Both the position numbers and the translations under genes were made by a program. Positions 27,208 through 29,501 of a stretch of DNA of 29,501 nucleotides are shown here, piece after piece. The stretch spans positions 1 to 29,501 of IMG/VR virus record IMGVR_UViG_3300037462_000657. One strand, 5' to 3'. Positions within the stretch are counted from its first letter, which is position 1. Every line of letters begins with the position of its first letter. Source of the DNA: a virus (lineage: Duplodnaviria; Caudoviricetes). Under the pieces are notes generated by a model. The model was not told the origin of the DNA, searched no databases, and saw only the letters and a list, made by a program, of their open reading frames with translations.

Positions 27208-29501
27208 TGGCCGACCCCGCGCGCACGATCACGGTCTACGGCCCCGACGACCAGCCCGTCGAGGTGGCGGCGTCGGAGGCCGCGAGCCTGCTGCGCTCGG
27301 GGCAGTATGGTCTTGCCGAGAACGCCGCGATCCCGGTGCAGAAAGCTGACGGCTCGTGGGAGACCGTGAGCGGCGCCGAGGCCGTGGCGCGGGCGCAGAG
27401 CTTCGCCACGCGGCTCGGGACTGAAGCGGACGTACGCGACGCAGCGCGCGAGGAGGAGTTCCGCGGGCTGGGGATGAAAGCGCTGGCCGCAGGGACCGGC
27501 GTCGTGGACTCGCTTGCGCTGGGCGCAGGCGACGCGCTGCTGGCCAAGGGGGCCGACCTGGTAGGGCGCGGCGGCGAGTTTCGCCAGTTCGTCCAGGACG
27601 CCGATCGCTTCGCGCCGGGCTCGCGCATGGCGGGGCAGGCCGCGGGCTTCGTGGCCCCGCTCCTGGCCACCGGGGGCAGCAGCGCCGCGGCGTCCGGGGC
27701 CAGCACCGCAGCGCGTGCGGCGCGGGCCGTCACCGCGCTCCCACGGGCCCTGACCGCCGTGGCCGAGGGGGCCGGCGGCATGGCCGCTCGTGCGGTCGGC
27801 GGCGGGCTCCCGGGGCGGTTCGTGGCCCCGGTCGTCGGGCAGGCCCTGGAGCTCGGTGTGTACGGCGCCGGGCAGGGGCTGAGCCGCACCGTGATCCGCG
27901 ACCCCCAGGCCGACGGCGAGGCCCTTGCCGCAGCGATGGGCAGGGGCTTCTTGAGCGGCGCCCAGGTAGGGGCGAGCTTCGGCGGGCTGTTCGGCGCCGG
28001 GAGCGTCGCGGTGGGCCTGGCGGGGCGGGGGGCCGAGCGCGTGGCCGAGGCGGGGCGGGCGCGGCTGGCCAGCGTGCTCGACACCGGGCGGGGACTGGAG
28101 CAAAGCCTTGCGCGGGGCGAGCTGCCGGCGGTGCTGGGCGAGCGCGTAGGGCAAGGGCTCGACCGGGCGACAGAGCTAGCGGAGCAGGTCACCGGGCGCA
28201 GCGCACCCGCGGCGGAAGGGCTTGCGGGGAAGGCAGACCGTCTCGCGCGCACCGTGATCGACGTAGACAAGGCCGCGATCGAGAAGGCATTTCAGAGCAC
28301 CGGCGCGACCGACAAGATTTTGCAGAAAGCTGAGCGGCTAGGCAGCTCACGCGAGATCGCGGCGCGGCAGATCGTCGAAGAGCTGCCACGGCTGGCGGGC
28401 AAAGACGGCAAGGTGCTCACCTTCGCCGAGCAAGCGGAAGCGGCGCTGAAGCTGCGGCGCGAGGTAGGCGAGCGCGTGGGCGCGTCGCTCGACCGACTGG
28501 AGGCCACCGGGCAGAAGATCGAGATCGCCACGGTGGTCACCAAGGCGCAGAAGGAGGTGGTCGAAAACCTCAAGAAAATCGCTGGTGCCGAGAGCTACGC
28601 GGGGCGCGTAGAGGACTACCTCGCCTCGCTGGAGAGCAAGGCCACCGAGGGGCGTATGACCCTCAAGGAGTTCCACGGCCAGCGCTCGTTTCTCGATGAC
28701 ATGGTGTTCGAGGCGAAGGCCAGCAACAGCCCGGCGCGCAAGGCGCTGGAGCGCGTGCGCGGCATCATGGAGGAGACCTTCGAGGCGACGGCCGCGAAGG
28801 CTGCGAAGGAAGCCGGGAGCGACGCCGCTGCCGCGTACAAGGCTGCGAAGGCGGAGTACCGCGCAGCGAAGTGGGTGGAAGAAGCGACGGCGAAGGGCGC
28901 CGGGCGCAGCAACGCCAACCGCGCCATCGGCTTCTCCGAGCAGGTAGGGGCGCTGACCGGCGCGGTGCTGGGGGGCGGCGGGATCACCGGGCTGGCGACC
29001 AGCGTGGCCAGCGCCGCCGCCAACCGCGCGATCAAACAGGTTGGAGATCAAACGACCGCTGCGGTGCTGCGCGAGATGCAGCTGGGCAAGCCGCTGGCCG
29101 AAGCCGTGGCGGACGTGAGCCGGCGCAATCTGGGCGACAAGATTGACAGGTTTTTCGAGCTGTCGGCGCCGGTGCGCGAGCGCGGGGCGTCGCTGCTCCG
29201 TCGTGGCCGAGAGCGCGCGGCAGACGCCGCCAGGGCGACCGGCGACGCCGTGACGACGGTGGGCCGGGCGGTGGGCCGGGGGGCGCAGGCCACGGCGCGG
29301 GGAGCCGAGTACGGGGCGCTCGTGGCGACCTTCAACGACCGGCGCCGGCAGGTGATCGAGGCGCGTGCGGGCGGGCCTACGCGGGCGGCAGAGGTGGCGC
29401 TGCGCTACCAGCGGGCCGGCGCCTCCCCCGAGGCCGCAGAGGCCGCCGCGCGCACCCTGATGCGCGGGGCGGACCTGCTGGCCGCGCGCCTCCCTCCGGT
29501 G
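27207..29501 (+). CDS. Large Ala/Gly-rich internal virion/ejection protein (runs off window edge)
   Basis: Missing from the ORF track because no stop is in the window. GGAAGG then ATG at 27207, MADPARTITVYGPDDQPVEVAASEAASLLRSGQY..., open with high GC3 to the window end. Confidence 0.82.
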   Translation, partial: MADPARTITVYGPDDQPVEVAASEAASLLRSGQYGLAENAAIPVQKADGSWETVSGAEAVARAQSFATRLGTEADVRDAAREEEFRGLGMKALAAGTGVVDSLALGAGDALLAKGADLVGRGGEFRQFVQDADRFAPGSRMAGQAAGFVAPLLATGGSSAAASGASTAARAARAVTALPRALTAVAEGAGGMAARAVGGGLPGRFVAPVVGQALELGVYGAGQGLSRTVIRDPQADGEALAAAMGRGFLSGAQVGASFGGLFGAGSVAVGLAGRGAERVAEAGRARLASVLDTGRGLEQSLARGELPAVLGERVGQGLDRATELAEQVTGRSAPAAEGLAGKADRLARTVIDVDKAAIEKAFQSTGATDKILQKAERLGSSREIAARQIVEELPRLAGKDGKVLTFAEQAEAALKLRREVGERVGASLDRLEATGQKIEIATVVTKAQKEVVENLKKIAGAESYAGRVEDYLASLESKATEGRMTLKEFHGQRSFLDDMVFEAKASNSPARKALERVRGIMEETFEATAAKAAKEAGSDAAAAYKAAKAEYRAAKWVEEATAKGAGRSNANRAIGFSEQVGALTGAVLGGGGITGLATSVASAAANRAIKQVGDQTTAAVLREMQLGKPLAEAVADVSRRNLGDKIDRFFELSAPVRERGASLLRRGRERAADAARATGDAVTTVGRAVGRGAQATARGAEYGALVATFNDRRRQVIEARAGGPTRAAEVALRYQRAGASPEAAEAAARTLMRGADLLAARLPPV

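Larger units (their letters stand above)
1..29501. mobile_element. Tailed phage/prophage genome segment, podovirus-like (P22-type late gene order)
   Basis: Continuous phage modules: recombination, divergent switch, replication, terminase-portal-scaffold-capsid-adaptor-nozzle-ejection proteins. No host housekeeping genes, no tape-measure or sheath gene seen, no integrase or att site in the window. Confidence 0.93.

Noticed and set aside
1-29501. TAG or TGA reassigned to a sense codon; tRNA or release-factor genes
   Set aside because: No credible gene is interrupted by TAG or TGA, and no tRNA or release-factor gene was recognised. The machinery for any recoding is not visible here.

Overview
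Very GC-rich (~70+%) fragment of a tailed-phage or prophage genome with podovirus-like organisation, cut inside a gene at both edges. A leftward early operon (1-7708) encodes a Dam-family DNA adenine methyltransferase with internal 24-aa repeats, small Zn-finger and HTH proteins, a stand-alone DndE homologue, a DUF669/SSB-like protein, an AAA_24 (Sak4-like) ATPase and a PD-(D/E)XK exonuclease. A divergent control region with three palindromic operators (7709-7869) follows. A rightward replication operon carries Cro-like HTH, MazG, SF2 helicase, VRR-NUC and primase-polymerase genes and ends at an iteron-rich putative origin (12680-12960). The late operon has terminase, portal, scaffold, major capsid, adaptor, tail nozzle and ejection-protein genes. 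Main observation: the only three in-frame TTA codons I found in the credible genes all sit exactly where a stop is expected. Two form TTATG stop/start-like overlaps and one directly follows an SSB-type DQDAPF tail. No credible gene ends in TAG. This suggests UUA acts as a termination codon here, although an assembly or editing artefact is not excluded. Product calls come from motif recognition and synteny, not database searches.
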